Assembly (NCBI GenBank): GCA_049522495.1
Contig: JBEKNU010000002.1
Coordinates: forward strand, 18,365-82,364
Source: Terriglobia bacterium
Lineage (GTDB): Bacteria > Acidobacteriota > Terriglobia > UBA7540
Reading direction: 5' to 3'
DNA: 64,000 bases
This document shows positions 26,011-36,146 of the stretch, one piece after another. Made by a program: the position numbers and the translations under genes. The notes beneath the pieces were generated by a model. That model was given only the letters and a program-made list of their open reading frames with translations. It did no database searches and was not told the origin of the DNA. Each line of letters begins with the position of its first letter. Positions within the stretch are counted from its first letter, which is position 1.

Positions 26011-26900
26011 GGGTCGCCATTGTTGGTGCAAACGGACAACTTGGGAGTGACGCCGCTCAAGCTTTCGCAGACAAGGGAGATACTGTCTGTGCTCTCGGCC
26101 ATGGGGATTTCGAGATCTCGGCAATCGAATCCGTCGCCACAGCCCTAAAAGATCTACACCCTGACCTCATCATTAATACTGCGGCCATGCATCACGTTGA
26201 ACGCTGTGAGCAGGATCCCAAGGCCGCATTCTCTATCAACGCGCTGGGGCCCCGAAACCTTGCGATGGTTGCGCAGGATTTGGGTGCAACCTTGATGCAA
26301 ATTAGCACCGACTATGTGTTTGATGGCGCCAAGTGCAGGCCTTACGAAGAGAATGATGCCCCCCGGCCTTTGAATACGTATGGAATCACCAAACTGGCTG
26401 GGGAGCACTACGTTCGTTGCACCGCCGATCGCCACTTTGTGTTGCGGACGTCGGCGCTGTATGGTCAGCACCCTTGCCGTGGCAAGGGTGGTCTCAATTT
26501 CGTTGACCTCATGCTCAAGCTCGGAAAAGAACGCGGCAAGGTGCGTGTGGTCGACAGCGAAGAAGTTACTCCGACCTCCACCTACGAACTGGCGCAGCAG
26601 ATGGTGCTCCTCAGCCGCAGCGACAACTTTGGGTTGTTCCATGCGACCGCCGAAGGCAGTTGCACCTGGTACGCTTTTGCGCGGGAAATCTTTTCCGTCG
26701 CGAACCTGCCGGTAAAGGTGGAGATAGCTGATCCGAAGGAATTCCCTGCAAAGGTTCAACGCCCAACGTATTCGGTTTTGGAGAATGCCGCATTGAAAGC
26801 CCGTGGCCTGAATTGTTTTCGGCCCTGGCAAGAAGGACTTCGCCACTACCTTGGGCGGGTGTTGGCTTTGGCGCCGCAGGCCTCCGGTGATGGTGGATAA
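26007..26900 (+). CDS. rfbD: dTDP-4-dehydrorhamnose reductase
   Basis: ORF track. ATGA overlap with the upstream gene. MRVAIVGANGQLGSD, ISTDYVFDG, YGITKLAGE: RmlD substrate-binding-domain pattern. Confidence 0.85.
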   Translation: MRVAIVGANGQLGSDAAQAFADKGDTVCALGHGDFEISAIESVATALKDLHPDLIINTAAMHHVERCEQDPKAAFSINALGPRNLAMVAQDLGATLMQISTDYVFDGAKCRPYEENDAPRPLNTYGITKLAGEHYVRCTADRHFVLRTSALYGQHPCRGKGGLNFVDLMLKLGKERGKVRVVDSEEVTPTSTYELAQQMVLLSRSDNFGLFHATAEGSCTWYAFAREIFSVANLPVKVEIADPKEFPAKVQRPTYSVLENAALKARGLNCFRPWQEGLRHYLGRVLALAPQASGDGG

Positions 26901-27277
26901 AGGGCAAATAAGGGCACAACAGGGCTACAGATGGAACGTAAATGACATTGTGTCCGTTTCCGGGCGTGGTTCGGGGGTTTGGGTGGCCGAGGGATTGGTG
27001 ACAAAATGTTGCTCTTACGGCGAGTTCAAGCCCTGCCGAGAGTCCTTGTGGACCCCACGCCCACCAAATTCTGCCGTGACCCGTCTGGCGGGTTGGGCGG
27101 GGATGACGCCTAACAAAGGTCGCGGAAGCCGGGAAAGGAGCCGGCCCAAAGAATGGGTGCAACCCTGGGGTTGGAAGTTCCGCTTGTCCGGCAAGGTCCT
27201 AGAAAATGCCCTGCCTGGTGAAAAGCCCAGGGCAACGCCGCCGGGGCTGCGGATCGGCCCTACAACTAAATAGAATC

Positions 27278-27393
27278 CAAGGGCTATCCGCTGCATGTTC
27301 TTTCAGGTAACCCCCAAAGGATGTACACACGGGCGGGGGCATACTGTATTTTGGGGTCACCTGAATTAACCGGATAGCCCTTGAATTTTTTTT
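27278..27393 (+). terminator. long imperfect hairpin followed by a T8 run (intrinsic-terminator-like or structured RNA)
   Basis: Outer arms CAAGGGCTATCCG (27278-27290) and CGGATAGCCCTTG (27371-27383) are perfect complements. Inner arms TTCAGGTAACCCCCAAA / TTTTGGGGTCACCTGAA pair with one mismatch or bulge. TTTTTTTT at 27386-27393. Confidence 0.4.
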
Positions 27394-27480
27394 GGCGTCG
27401 GGGCGCCTCTAAGGCTTATACTTGAGTCGGACGGTATTTCCATCAGGGTTCGCCGGCAGGTGAACCCATGGGGATGGTTT

Positions 27481-29118
27481 ATGGAGAAAATAGTGATCAG
27501 ACCCCGAAATCTGCTGTTTTTAGTGATTCTCGCCATCGCCGCCGTGGGCAATTCCGCAGGCACTGATGTTTACCTGGCTCAAGCGGCGGTAGGGGGCAAC
27601 AACGGTGCTGATTGCGCGGATGCATTGGTCTATACCTTTTTCAACTCATCGAGTAACTGGACCTCCGGCACGCCCACCGGGACTAAGATCGGGCCGGGCA
27701 CGACCGTCCACATCTGCGGCACGATTACGGGCACAACCAACTTTCAGCCCTTCGTGTTCCAAAGGGGTGGCTCAAGTGGAAATCCCATCACGCTCAAGTT
27801 TGAGGCGGGAGCGGCTATCAAGCCATCATATTGCAATGCAAACGGCTGCATTTACTCAGATGGGAACAGTTTCATCACGGTGAACGGGGGAACGAACGGG
27901 TACATACAAAACCAATTGAACGGCACCACAGGCGGGGCCTGTCCTGGAGGGACATGCTCAGAGAACGCTTCAGTTGCTGTCGAGTTCGTGGCTTGTATTG
28001 GGTGCACGGTGGAAAACCTAGGGATCTACGACATTTACGACCGGAGCAGCACCGGCGATGAATCCAGCGCCGCGCAAGGCACCACATGCGTATATTTCGC
28101 AAACCAGGCGGCCTCCGGGGCCACGAATAACCTGATTCAGAATGATACGATTCACGATTGTGTGAACGGTATATATTACGGTTACGGCCTGAATGACAGC
28201 GGCGTACGGATCATGGGCAACACTATCTACCATACTAACTGGGCAATCGGCACCAACGGAGGAAGTGCCAATGATACGGTCACGGGGATGATTATATCGG
28301 GCAACACGATTCACGACCTGGTTACCTGGAACGACGGCGGCCTAGATTCTCCCCCTGGAACTGATATCTTTCATCATAACGCCATCGTGCTGTTCAGCGG
28401 TAATACCGGGACATCAATATCCGCCTATGTGTACAACAATTACTTCTATGGGGATATTGGCAATGCGACATCACCCATGGACATCCAGAACAGCAGTGCT
28501 CTAGCGGATGTCGCTTATTTTTTTAATAATCTGATTTTGCTTTCGGCGACGACTAATACGACAGGCGGGGATGGCGGGATCTACGCAGAGAACGACAACT
28601 CCTCCGGGTCTGTCGCCTTTCACGTTTACAACAACACCCTCGTGGGCGCGAACACGATGAGCGGCCTGATGTCCTTAGAACCTGGCATCACGATGGACGC
28701 GCGCAACAACATCGTTCAGAACTGGGGAACTCCGCTTCAACTGGCCGATTCGGCCGGACTCCCATCTATCGAAAATTACAACGACTGGTATCAGCCGACC
28801 GTTGGAGGAAATGGAATTTGGGACAATAATGGGCACGGTTACACCACGCTTTCCTCGTGGCAATCGGCCAGCGGTTTGGACTTGAACAGCGTGCTTGGCA
28901 ATCCCTTACTGAACGCGAACGGGACGCTGAAACCTGGGAGTCCGGCAACCGGGCTTGCCACAAATCTCTCTAGCATTTGCAGCGGGCAACCTAATCCCGG
29001 CTTGGGAGCGCTGTGCTTTGACAAGGCTGGCAACCCACGGCCCTCCACGGGAAATTGGGACGCAGGAGCATATGTTTACACGGGTCCCGCGAGCGGCCTG
29101 ACTGCTGCTGGGTATTAG
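27481..29118 (+). CDS. secreted right-handed parallel beta-helix repeat protein (possible EPS glycanase/lyase)
   Basis: Frame of ORF 27460..29118. ATG 27481 gives the signal peptide MEKIVIRPRNLLFLVILAIAAVGNSAG. PbH1-like repeats: NNLIQNDTIHDCVNGIYYG, RIMGNTIYHTNWAIG, IISGNTIHD, HVYNNTLVG. Confidence 0.65.
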   Translation: MEKIVIRPRNLLFLVILAIAAVGNSAGTDVYLAQAAVGGNNGADCADALVYTFFNSSSNWTSGTPTGTKIGPGTTVHICGTITGTTNFQPFVFQRGGSSGNPITLKFEAGAAIKPSYCNANGCIYSDGNSFITVNGGTNGYIQNQLNGTTGGACPGGTCSENASVAVEFVACIGCTVENLGIYDIYDRSSTGDESSAAQGTTCVYFANQAASGATNNLIQNDTIHDCVNGIYYGYGLNDSGVRIMGNTIYHTNWAIGTNGGSANDTVTGMIISGNTIHDLVTWNDGGLDSPPGTDIFHHNAIVLFSGNTGTSISAYVYNNYFYGDIGNATSPMDIQNSSALADVAYFFNNLILLSATTNTTGGDGGIYAENDNSSGSVAFHVYNNTLVGANTMSGLMSLEPGITMDARNNIVQNWGTPLQLADSAGLPSIENYNDWYQPTVGGNGIWDNNGHGYTTLSSWQSASGLDLNSVLGNPLLNANGTLKPGSPATGLATNLSSICSGQPNPGLGALCFDKAGNPRPSTGNWDAGAYVYTGPASGLTAAGY

Positions 29119-29279
29119 TCGGGATGGAACCCAACCTCTGCATCAAGGCGGAATAACTTCGCAAACCATTGATAACGTCTTTCAGATTAGCGCACACCCC
29201 CGGGCACCCGGAACCTGGTAGGCCTTCGGGTAAACGGCTACTCCCCATTTCATGCTAAGCCATTACTTAGTGAGGTATC

Positions 29280-30854
29280 TTGGCAGCCTTAGGTAGAATT
29301 GTCGCGCCTGAACAAAGACCCTTAAGCATTAAGGTCATTCGAAACGCGACCTCGTCAGCCATTCGCATGGCTCTCTTGGGGCCGGTGCAGTTTCTCCTTA
29401 TACCCTACATCATTGGAAAAGTGGGCGCCGGAGGGTATGGCACATGGGTGTTAATTTTGGTGTTTATCAACATGAGCTCACTTGCCGATCTTGGTCTAGC
29501 AGGAACTCTGACCAAGCACGCTGCCGAATACTATGCTCGCGATGATTTCACCTCCTTAAACCGGCTCATTGACACGGGGCTCTCCCTCTATCTCGCGATT
29601 GCGTTGCTCGTCATGATGCTGTTGGGTGGTGCGTCTCCCATTCTAGTTCGTGTGTTATTCAAAGGTTCGGCGATTCCCGCTCGCGAGTTGGCAATTCTCT
29701 GGATGTGCAACTGCGTGATTGTGGGCATAGGCTTACTGTCCGCGCCATACTATTCGGTCCTTTTGGGACTTCAGAGGATGGATTTTACGAACGCTCTGAA
29801 TTTAGCCCAAAACCTTCTCCGAGCTCTTCTCACCGTGGTTTTCCTGCACTGGGGGTGGGGCCTCAGGGGCTTGGTGGGCGCCAATTTCGCCGGACTGGCT
29901 CTCGCCTTGCTTGTAAACATCTGGATAGTCCGTAAATTGCTCCCCGAGTTGCGCACATACCCCTTTGATTTCAACTGGGCCGAGGTAAGGCATATTTTCG
30001 ATTTCAGCCTAAAGGTGTACTTGACTCAAATCGCGATTACGCTTGATACCCAGATTAGCAAGCTTTACGTGGGGATGTTTGTGGGTGTTACGGCAGCAGG
30101 GTGGTTTAACATTGCAAGTGATACCGCAATGAGGATCCGTAAAGTCCCGGAGTTACTTCTCTCACCGGTCATGGCTGCGGCGTCGGAGCTAGATGCCAGG
30201 GGAGATTCCGGGAGGCTGCGGGAGCTATACTTCCGTTCCCACAAATACATAGCGTTATTTGGTCTGCCATTGGTGTTCTATCTGGCATTTGCCTCGCATC
30301 GGCTTGTCTACCTGTGGTTGGGCTCGGCGTTTGGCGTTGTTGCGATACCGCTGGCTGTGTTAACCTTGGTCCACTTTTTCAATCTAACCACGGGGCCCGG
30401 TTACCTCATGCTGATGGGTCAGGGCGTCTTGCGCCCAGGGATTAAATCCGCGATTTTTGGGCTGATTCTGGACTTGTCATTGGGCCTCCCTCTGACTTAT
30501 GAATACGGTTTCCTGGGAGCTCTTTTCGTTACCTGTTTAACGCTGGTGACCGCGAGCTTATATTTTCTGTATTTGTTTGAGCGGCAAACGCACATTTCCT
30601 TCCTGACGGTAGCCGGGCAAGCGTACTTGAAACCGTCTGTCTGTGCGCTTGTTTTGCTTTCGATACTCTCGATGGTGAGCCCTTGGGGATACTTGCACTG
30701 GGTCGGACTAGCAGTTCAAGGCCTTCTTTTCGGCGTTTTGTATTTCCTGTGCCTTATGGTGACTAAATTCTTTGACGACTTTGACCTTAGGAAGGCGGAG
30801 AGCGTACTGCCCATGGCTCGGTTAGCCAGGAGGATGGTGTCGCTTGCATCTTAA
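29280..30854 (+). CDS. Wzx-type oligosaccharide flippase (MOP superfamily polysaccharide biosynthesis protein)
   Basis: ORF track. 524 aa with about 12-14 hydrophobic helices. N-terminal NATSSAIRMALLGPVQFLLIPYIIGKVG pattern typical of Wzx/RfbX proteins. Confidence 0.75.
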   Translation: MAALGRIVAPEQRPLSIKVIRNATSSAIRMALLGPVQFLLIPYIIGKVGAGGYGTWVLILVFINMSSLADLGLAGTLTKHAAEYYARDDFTSLNRLIDTGLSLYLAIALLVMMLLGGASPILVRVLFKGSAIPARELAILWMCNCVIVGIGLLSAPYYSVLLGLQRMDFTNALNLAQNLLRALLTVVFLHWGWGLRGLVGANFAGLALALLVNIWIVRKLLPELRTYPFDFNWAEVRHIFDFSLKVYLTQIAITLDTQISKLYVGMFVGVTAAGWFNIASDTAMRIRKVPELLLSPVMAAASELDARGDSGRLRELYFRSHKYIALFGLPLVFYLAFASHRLVYLWLGSAFGVVAIPLAVLTLVHFFNLTTGPGYLMLMGQGVLRPGIKSAIFGLILDLSLGLPLTYEYGFLGALFVTCLTLVTASLYFLYLFERQTHISFLTVAGQAYLKPSVCALVLLSILSMVSPWGYLHWVGLAVQGLLFGVLYFLCLMVTKFFDDFDLRKAESVLPMARLARRMVSLAS

Positions 30855-31530
30855 TTGGGCCGTCAGATACTTTCCACTCCTGCGAGTTCTAAGGGAAGGG
30901 CTGGCCCCCGGTGATCGGCTCCTGGAAATAGGGTCAGGGCCGTATGGACTAGGAAAATTCTATAAGCACCCTTTCGTCGGCTCTGACGTAACTTTCTCCG
31001 CGCCTCCGGAAAAGCCTATGCTTCCCGTGCGATGCTCCGGAACCAAGCTCCCTTTTGGCGATGCATCATTTGCGGCGGTTGTCGGTTCAGACGTCCTTGA
31101 GCATGTGCCACCCGAGCATAGGTCTACGGTAGTGCGAGAAGCTCTCCGGGTAACACGGAAATTCGCAGTCTTTGGATTCCCCTCCGGTTTGCTCGCCCAT
31201 CAGAAGGACCGAGAATTCCACGATTATATGAAGAAAAAAAAGATTGAGCTCTACGACTGGCTTGAAGAACACATGCGCTACCCCTTTCCCGATCAAACCC
31301 TTTTTGAAGGTTTGGCGCCTGAATGGTCAGTCGAAATTTTTGGCAACGAGCACATTAGGTTCCATGACTGGGTAGTCCGCAGGGAGTTGTCGGGAATTGC
31401 TTGTCGTCTTTTTGCGATTCTGCTGAAGCTCGTCCCGCGCGCCGTAGAGGCGCTGCTAAAGCTTGCTGACCGGCCTCCGTTTTATCGAATCATCGTGCTT
31501 GTGACTCGAAGGCACCCGGCAAAGAACTGA
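30844..31530 (+). CDS. class I SAM-dependent methyltransferase
   Basis: ORF track. LLEIGSGPYGLG (motif I) and FAAVVGSDVLEHV (Methyltransf_11-like). Confidence 0.7.
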   Translation: MHLNWAVRYFPLLRVLREGLAPGDRLLEIGSGPYGLGKFYKHPFVGSDVTFSAPPEKPMLPVRCSGTKLPFGDASFAAVVGSDVLEHVPPEHRSTVVREALRVTRKFAVFGFPSGLLAHQKDREFHDYMKKKKIELYDWLEEHMRYPFPDQTLFEGLAPEWSVEIFGNEHIRFHDWVVRRELSGIACRLFAILLKLVPRAVEALLKLADRPPFYRIIVLVTRRHPAKN

Positions 31531-31629
31531 CCCTGCTTGTGCCCATCTGGCTTTGCACGCTCAAGCCTCGTGCTCACAGCGGCATCTTCATCTCGGTGTG
31601 GTCCGGCTAGCTACCTCCTTACAAAAACT

Positions 31630-32574
31630 ATGAGCGATCCCCTGGTCAGCGTGGTTATTCCCACTTATAATCGAGCCGGAGTAATTTCGCAAACCATTGA
31701 AAACATCTTTCAGCAAACGTACCGTAACTTTGAGCTGATCATCGTCGATGACGGTTCAACTGACGACACGCAAGCCAAGCTTCGGCAGTACGGCGACCGC
31801 ATCCGAGTCGTTACGCAAGCTAATTCCGGACCGGCAGTCGCCCGGAACCGCGGGGCCGGGCTGGCGCGAGGTGAGATCATCGCGTTCCAGGATTCGGACG
31901 ATCTTTGGAAACCCACTAAGCTCGAACGTCAAGTTGCGCTCATGGAAATGGACAGGTCGATTCCGTGCTGTTTGTGCAGCATCCTCTTGCGCGTCATCAA
32001 CGGAAAATCGATTAGCTCATTCGATTACTCGTTAGTTCGCCTACGGCATGAAGAAGGCATCTGGGAGAATGTTCTGGATGTGTTGGCTACTCGATTTGTA
32101 ATGTTCATTCAAGCAGCGGCCATCCGGCGTCAGGCTTTCGAAAAGGTTGGAGGCTTTGCGGAGGATTTGAAGTACCTGGAAGATTACTACCTGCCGCTGC
32201 GTCTGTCGCTTGAGGGTCCCTGGGCATTCATTCGGGAACCGCTCGTGATCTATGGCGAGGGGTCACCGATGAGCTACTCGGAGCGGGCGAAGAAGGACCC
32301 CGTTGTATTGGTTGAATGTGAGATGCTGATTTATGAAAGGATCCTGGCACTCGTAGAGGGCATAAACGGGTATGCTGGCGCCTGTAGAAGCTTGAAACGG
32401 AGATTGGGACTGGCTCGCAGGCAGTTGAGGACTAGCAAGTTGCCGCCTGAACGATCGATCACCGGAACTGTCGGCAAGCTCCTCGTCCACATTGACCGCT
32501 ATAGACTTGCTGCTCTCAGAAAATCGCCATGGTTCCCCCAACCGAAGACCGTTCCATCGAAATCAAAGATGTGA
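31630..32574 (+). CDS. glycosyltransferase family 2
   Basis: Frame of ORF 31537..32574. ATG 31630 gives MSDPLVSVVIPTYNRAGVISQTIENIFQQTYRNFELIIVDDGSTDDT; FQDSDDLW (DxD). Confidence 0.85.
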   Translation: MSDPLVSVVIPTYNRAGVISQTIENIFQQTYRNFELIIVDDGSTDDTQAKLRQYGDRIRVVTQANSGPAVARNRGAGLARGEIIAFQDSDDLWKPTKLERQVALMEMDRSIPCCLCSILLRVINGKSISSFDYSLVRLRHEEGIWENVLDVLATRFVMFIQAAAIRRQAFEKVGGFAEDLKYLEDYYLPLRLSLEGPWAFIREPLVIYGEGSPMSYSERAKKDPVVLVECEMLIYERILALVEGINGYAGACRSLKRRLGLARRQLRTSKLPPERSITGTVGKLLVHIDRYRLAALRKSPWFPQPKTVPSKSKM

Positions 32575-32585
32575 GGGTAAAGTAT

Positions 32586-33500
32586 ATGGAATTTCAATCC
32601 TACACCCGAAACAAGATTGGGCTAGCGGGGCGCGCCGTCGAGCTATTCAACCTCCTTTCAATTCACCGAAGGTCTACCCCTGAAGGAGCAAGAATTTTAT
32701 GTGAGACGTTCGCGGCTCTACGAGAAGAACTGCAAGAACTGCGCGGCCAACCAATTTCTGGGCTGGATGTGCTCGAAGTTGGATGCGGTCAGAGGCCAAT
32801 GTACCTTGCTCTGTGGTCGCGCGAGAACCGAGCTGTGGGGATTGATAGCGAGATGGTCATCAAATCTTTCTCCATCGCTGACGGCCTGCGAGTTCTGCGT
32901 GCTAACGGCGTTGTCCGCGCTGCAAAATCTTTAGGCCGAAAAGCCCTCCGATTAGACAAGCGAGCCGAGGACGTCTTTAGGGAAGCCGCCGGGATGGCCA
33001 GCTTTCCCAAACTGGACGTGCGTCTCATGGACGCCTCAGCGATGTCTTTTCCCGACGCCTCGTACGACATCGTTTTTTCCAGGGCCGTTTTTGAACACCT
33101 TGCACATCCCGTACCGGTCACACGGGAGGTGCGTCGAGTGCTTCGGAATGGGGGTACGCTTTATTGCCTCATCCACCTCTATACGAGTGACAGCGGGTGC
33201 CACGACGCCCGCATTTTCAGTGAGAGCCGCTCGCGACCTCCCAGTTGGAGCCACCTGAGACAAAGATACAAGTCACTTGTACACGAAAATACCTTCCTAA
33301 ACCGGTGGTCCCTGAGGCAGTGGAAAGAAATGTTCGCAGCAGAAATGCCGGGCTGTGAGGTCGCACCAATGTGTGATGACAACTCGGCACAACGTAGGTC
33401 TGAGTTAATCTCACTTCGGGCCGCGGGTGAGTTAGTGGATTACACAGACGAAGAGCTGCTTAGTCCGACCCTCAAAGTGATCTGGACAAAACCTGCATAA
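32586..33500 (+). CDS. class I SAM-dependent methyltransferase
   Basis: Frame of ORF 32529..33500. ATG 32586 avoids overlap with the GT2 gene. LDVLEVGCGQRP (motif I), YDIVFSRAVFEHL, RRVLRNGGTLY. Confidence 0.7.
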   Translation: MEFQSYTRNKIGLAGRAVELFNLLSIHRRSTPEGARILCETFAALREELQELRGQPISGLDVLEVGCGQRPMYLALWSRENRAVGIDSEMVIKSFSIADGLRVLRANGVVRAAKSLGRKALRLDKRAEDVFREAAGMASFPKLDVRLMDASAMSFPDASYDIVFSRAVFEHLAHPVPVTREVRRVLRNGGTLYCLIHLYTSDSGCHDARIFSESRSRPPSWSHLRQRYKSLVHENTFLNRWSLRQWKEMFAAEMPGCEVAPMCDDNSAQRRSELISLRAAGELVDYTDEELLSPTLKVIWTKPA

Positions 33501-33694
33501 TTCACACCGAGGCCTTAGAATCTGATTCTTCCGACGCCAGTCCGCTACCCGGGGGCTTGATTATTACGAGGAGGCGCTCTTCAGGCGTTCGCCTTGGTTT
33601 CCACAAATGCTGACCGCTCTGATTGAGGATGCCCGGTTGTCCCTCTGGTTCCCGATTTCTGGCGATTGCAGCAAGAAGGCATAGGACTTGGACG

Positions 33695-35104
33695 ATGCCG
33701 CAAGTAAACCCAAACACTGGCGAGGTTGGAAATAACACCTTTGGCGGCGGGGCCACGGAGACGGTTCTGGGCCCTGGCGTGCTCGTGCTGTTCCTCCTCA
33801 TCCTCGTTCTGATACTCGTCCTACGCCGCAGATTTGTTGTCGGCCCTTTGATGTTCGGAGTATTCCTTCTCCCCGTTGGCCAGGCGCTGGTGATTGGCGG
33901 AGCCCATTTGTACGTGGGCAGAATCATAGTTGCGGTTGCCTTAGCCCGAGCCATCTTATCGCGACCATCCCATTCGCCCCATTTCGGGGCCGGATTCAAT
34001 GTTTTCGACAAACTTTTCATTCTCTGGGCTATCATGCGGGCACTGGCGTATGTCGCTCGGTTACCCGAAATGGGGGCGGTGGCATATCAGTTCGGAGTTC
34101 TCTGGGATGTCCTGGGTGGATACTTCGCGTTGAGATTCCTGATCCAGGACAATGAGGACTGTCTATTTGCTGTTAAGGTTTTTTCCGTAATTGTTGCGAT
34201 CCTTAGCGTTACTGTGTTAATAGAGCATGTGTATGGCGTGAATTTATACGGGCTGCTGAGAGGCAGGCCGATCATCCCTGAGATTCGCAAGGGATCGATT
34301 CGTGCCCAGGGACCGTTCGCTCATGCGATCCTTACCGGAACTTTCGCCGCCACACTGGTGCCACTGTTTATGTGGCTGTGGAGGACCAAGAAAGCCAGGT
34401 TCCTCGGCATAATAGGTATTGCAGGATCCACGGTTACAGCCTTCGGCGCTGCTTCCAGTACGCCACTTAGCGCCTTTTTAGGGGGGCTTCTGGCGATTTG
34501 CTTATGGCCAATGAGACGCAACATGCGAATGATTCGTTGGGGACTTGTCTTAGGTATCGTAATGCTGAATTTTACGATGCATGCACCGGTTTGGTGGGCT
34601 ATTGAACACATCGATTTAGCCGGGGGGTCATCGGGAGAGCACCGGGCGGCCCTTGTTGACAATTTCATCAGGCACTTCGGTGATTGGTGGCTGGTCGGAA
34701 CGGATGACAATGCCAACTGGGGATTCGAGATGTGGGATTTGAGCGACCAGTATGTTGCCGAGGGCGAGAAGGGCGGGTTGGCCACATTTATCTGTTTCGT
34801 GGGGATGCTCTATCTCGGCTACAAGTGGATTGGCATGTCAAGAAAGGCCGTGGCGGGAAACCGGCAGAAGGAGTGGTTTTTCTGGCTCCTGGGCGCCGCT
34901 TTGTTTTCGCACTCCGTCGCCTTCCTCGGTATCAGCTACTTCGATCAAACAAAGTTCTCCTTCTTCGCTTTGCTGGCGGTGATCTGCGTGGCCACAGCTC
35001 CCTATATTCGCCGGACAGCCTTGCCTAAGCCAATGCCCCAATCAGAACAGAGCTCGAATATGGTCTCAGAGTCGGTGGATGGTCTGGGGATGGGCTTGGG
35101 CTAG
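33695..35104 (+). CDS. O-antigen ligase / Wzy-like polymerase family membrane protein
   Basis: Frame of ORF 33623..35104. ATG 33695. About 10-12 TM helices with a large loop containing GSIRAQGPFAHAILTG (Wzy_C-like R..G.F.H motif). Confidence 0.7.
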   Translation: MPQVNPNTGEVGNNTFGGGATETVLGPGVLVLFLLILVLILVLRRRFVVGPLMFGVFLLPVGQALVIGGAHLYVGRIIVAVALARAILSRPSHSPHFGAGFNVFDKLFILWAIMRALAYVARLPEMGAVAYQFGVLWDVLGGYFALRFLIQDNEDCLFAVKVFSVIVAILSVTVLIEHVYGVNLYGLLRGRPIIPEIRKGSIRAQGPFAHAILTGTFAATLVPLFMWLWRTKKARFLGIIGIAGSTVTAFGAASSTPLSAFLGGLLAICLWPMRRNMRMIRWGLVLGIVMLNFTMHAPVWWAIEHIDLAGGSSGEHRAALVDNFIRHFGDWWLVGTDDNANWGFEMWDLSDQYVAEGEKGGLATFICFVGMLYLGYKWIGMSRKAVAGNRQKEWFFWLLGAALFSHSVAFLGISYFDQTKFSFFALLAVICVATAPYIRRTALPKPMPQSEQSSNMVSESVDGLGMGLG

Positions 35105-35112
35105 ATCCTTTC

Positions 35113-36114
35113 ATGAGACTATCGATCATCATTTTGTGTTGGAACGACCGCAAGGTCATCGCCGATTGCCTGGAGTCGATTTTTGCCCACACCCACTCCA
35201 CGGAGCTGGAAGTGATCGTTTCCGATAACGGCTCGACGGATGGATCGATCGAGTTCATTCGGGCGTCATACCCCCAGGTGCAAGTGATCGAAAACGGCCG
35301 GAATTTGAGGTTTGCGAGGGCGAATAATGTCGGGATCCGCGCGAGCCGGGGTGAGTACATCCTGATCCTCAACCCTGATACCCTCATTCACGAAGGCACG
35401 CTTGACACGATGGTGAAGTTCGCTGACCAACATCCCGGGATCGGGGCGGTCGGGTGCAAGGTACTGGGCGCGGACGGTTCGTACCAGGTGTCGGCTTTTC
35501 CTTTCGATTCACTGCGCAGTGACTGGATCATCGCCCTCCATCTTGAGTTTCTAAATGGAATCGGGAAGTGGTTTCAAGGAGGTGCTTATGCCGGCTGGAA
35601 GGGTGAAACGCAGCGGCAGGTCGACTGGATATCGGGCTGCTGTATGATGATCCGGGGAAACGTACTGAGAGACGCGAGCGGGTTTGACGAGCAATTCTTC
35701 TATTATTTCGAAGACCAGGACCTTTGCCGGCGAATTTGGGCGGCAGGCTACCCGATTCTGTACGTCCCGGATGCGACGATCACGCATCTGGGAGGACAAT
35801 CAACGAAAAGCCGCTTCCCTCCGCTGGGCTTCGTGCTTGATGGTCAAGTGACGCGGTATTTGTACTATTACAAATATTATGGGAGGCGTGGGGTGCGCCG
35901 GGCGCGCCGCGTCGCATTGACCTCGGCCCTACTCCGGCGCGTTGGCTACGGACTGAAACAACTTGTGCATCCCACCGAAGCTGGGCGGAAGCGCTTGGAG
36001 CTTTTGCGCGGAGTATTCGAATGGAACTACCTCGTGGACCCGGTACGCCTGGTTGAGAATGGCGAAGAGCCACATCTGAAGACGGAACCGGCGGGCCGCG
36101 TGGTGGAAAGGTGA
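35113..36114 (+). CDS. glycosyltransferase family 2 (rhamnosyltransferase-like)
   Basis: ORF track. LSIIILCWNDRKVIADCLESIF...EVIVSDNGSTDGS; FFYYFEDQDLCRR. Confidence 0.85.
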   Translation: MRLSIIILCWNDRKVIADCLESIFAHTHSTELEVIVSDNGSTDGSIEFIRASYPQVQVIENGRNLRFARANNVGIRASRGEYILILNPDTLIHEGTLDTMVKFADQHPGIGAVGCKVLGADGSYQVSAFPFDSLRSDWIIALHLEFLNGIGKWFQGGAYAGWKGETQRQVDWISGCCMMIRGNVLRDASGFDEQFFYYFEDQDLCRRIWAAGYPILYVPDATITHLGGQSTKSRFPPLGFVLDGQVTRYLYYYKYYGRRGVRRARRVALTSALLRRVGYGLKQLVHPTEAGRKRLELLRGVFEWNYLVDPVRLVENGEEPHLKTEPAGRVVER

Positions 36115-36146
36115 GAAAGAATTGCATTGGGGAGACCTGAATCCTC

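Noticed and set aside
25192-26124. 310-aa minus-strand ORF opposite the SDR/rmlD genes. Similar long antisense ORFs occur at 5277-5999, 20622-21359, 26154-26846, 39916-40662, 42146-42784, 46330-46962, 47995-48681, 50005-50838, 52685-53317, 57487-58056 and 60730-61368.
   Set aside because: All lie opposite ORFs with strong family signatures and have non-protein-like composition. They are treated as GC-driven artefacts.
26851-27273. 140-aa ORF filling the gap after rmlD
   Set aside because: It is Trp/Arg/Gly-rich with no motif, and it overlaps the rmlD 3' end. It is probably non-coding, although the gap itself ends in a notable hairpin (reported separately).
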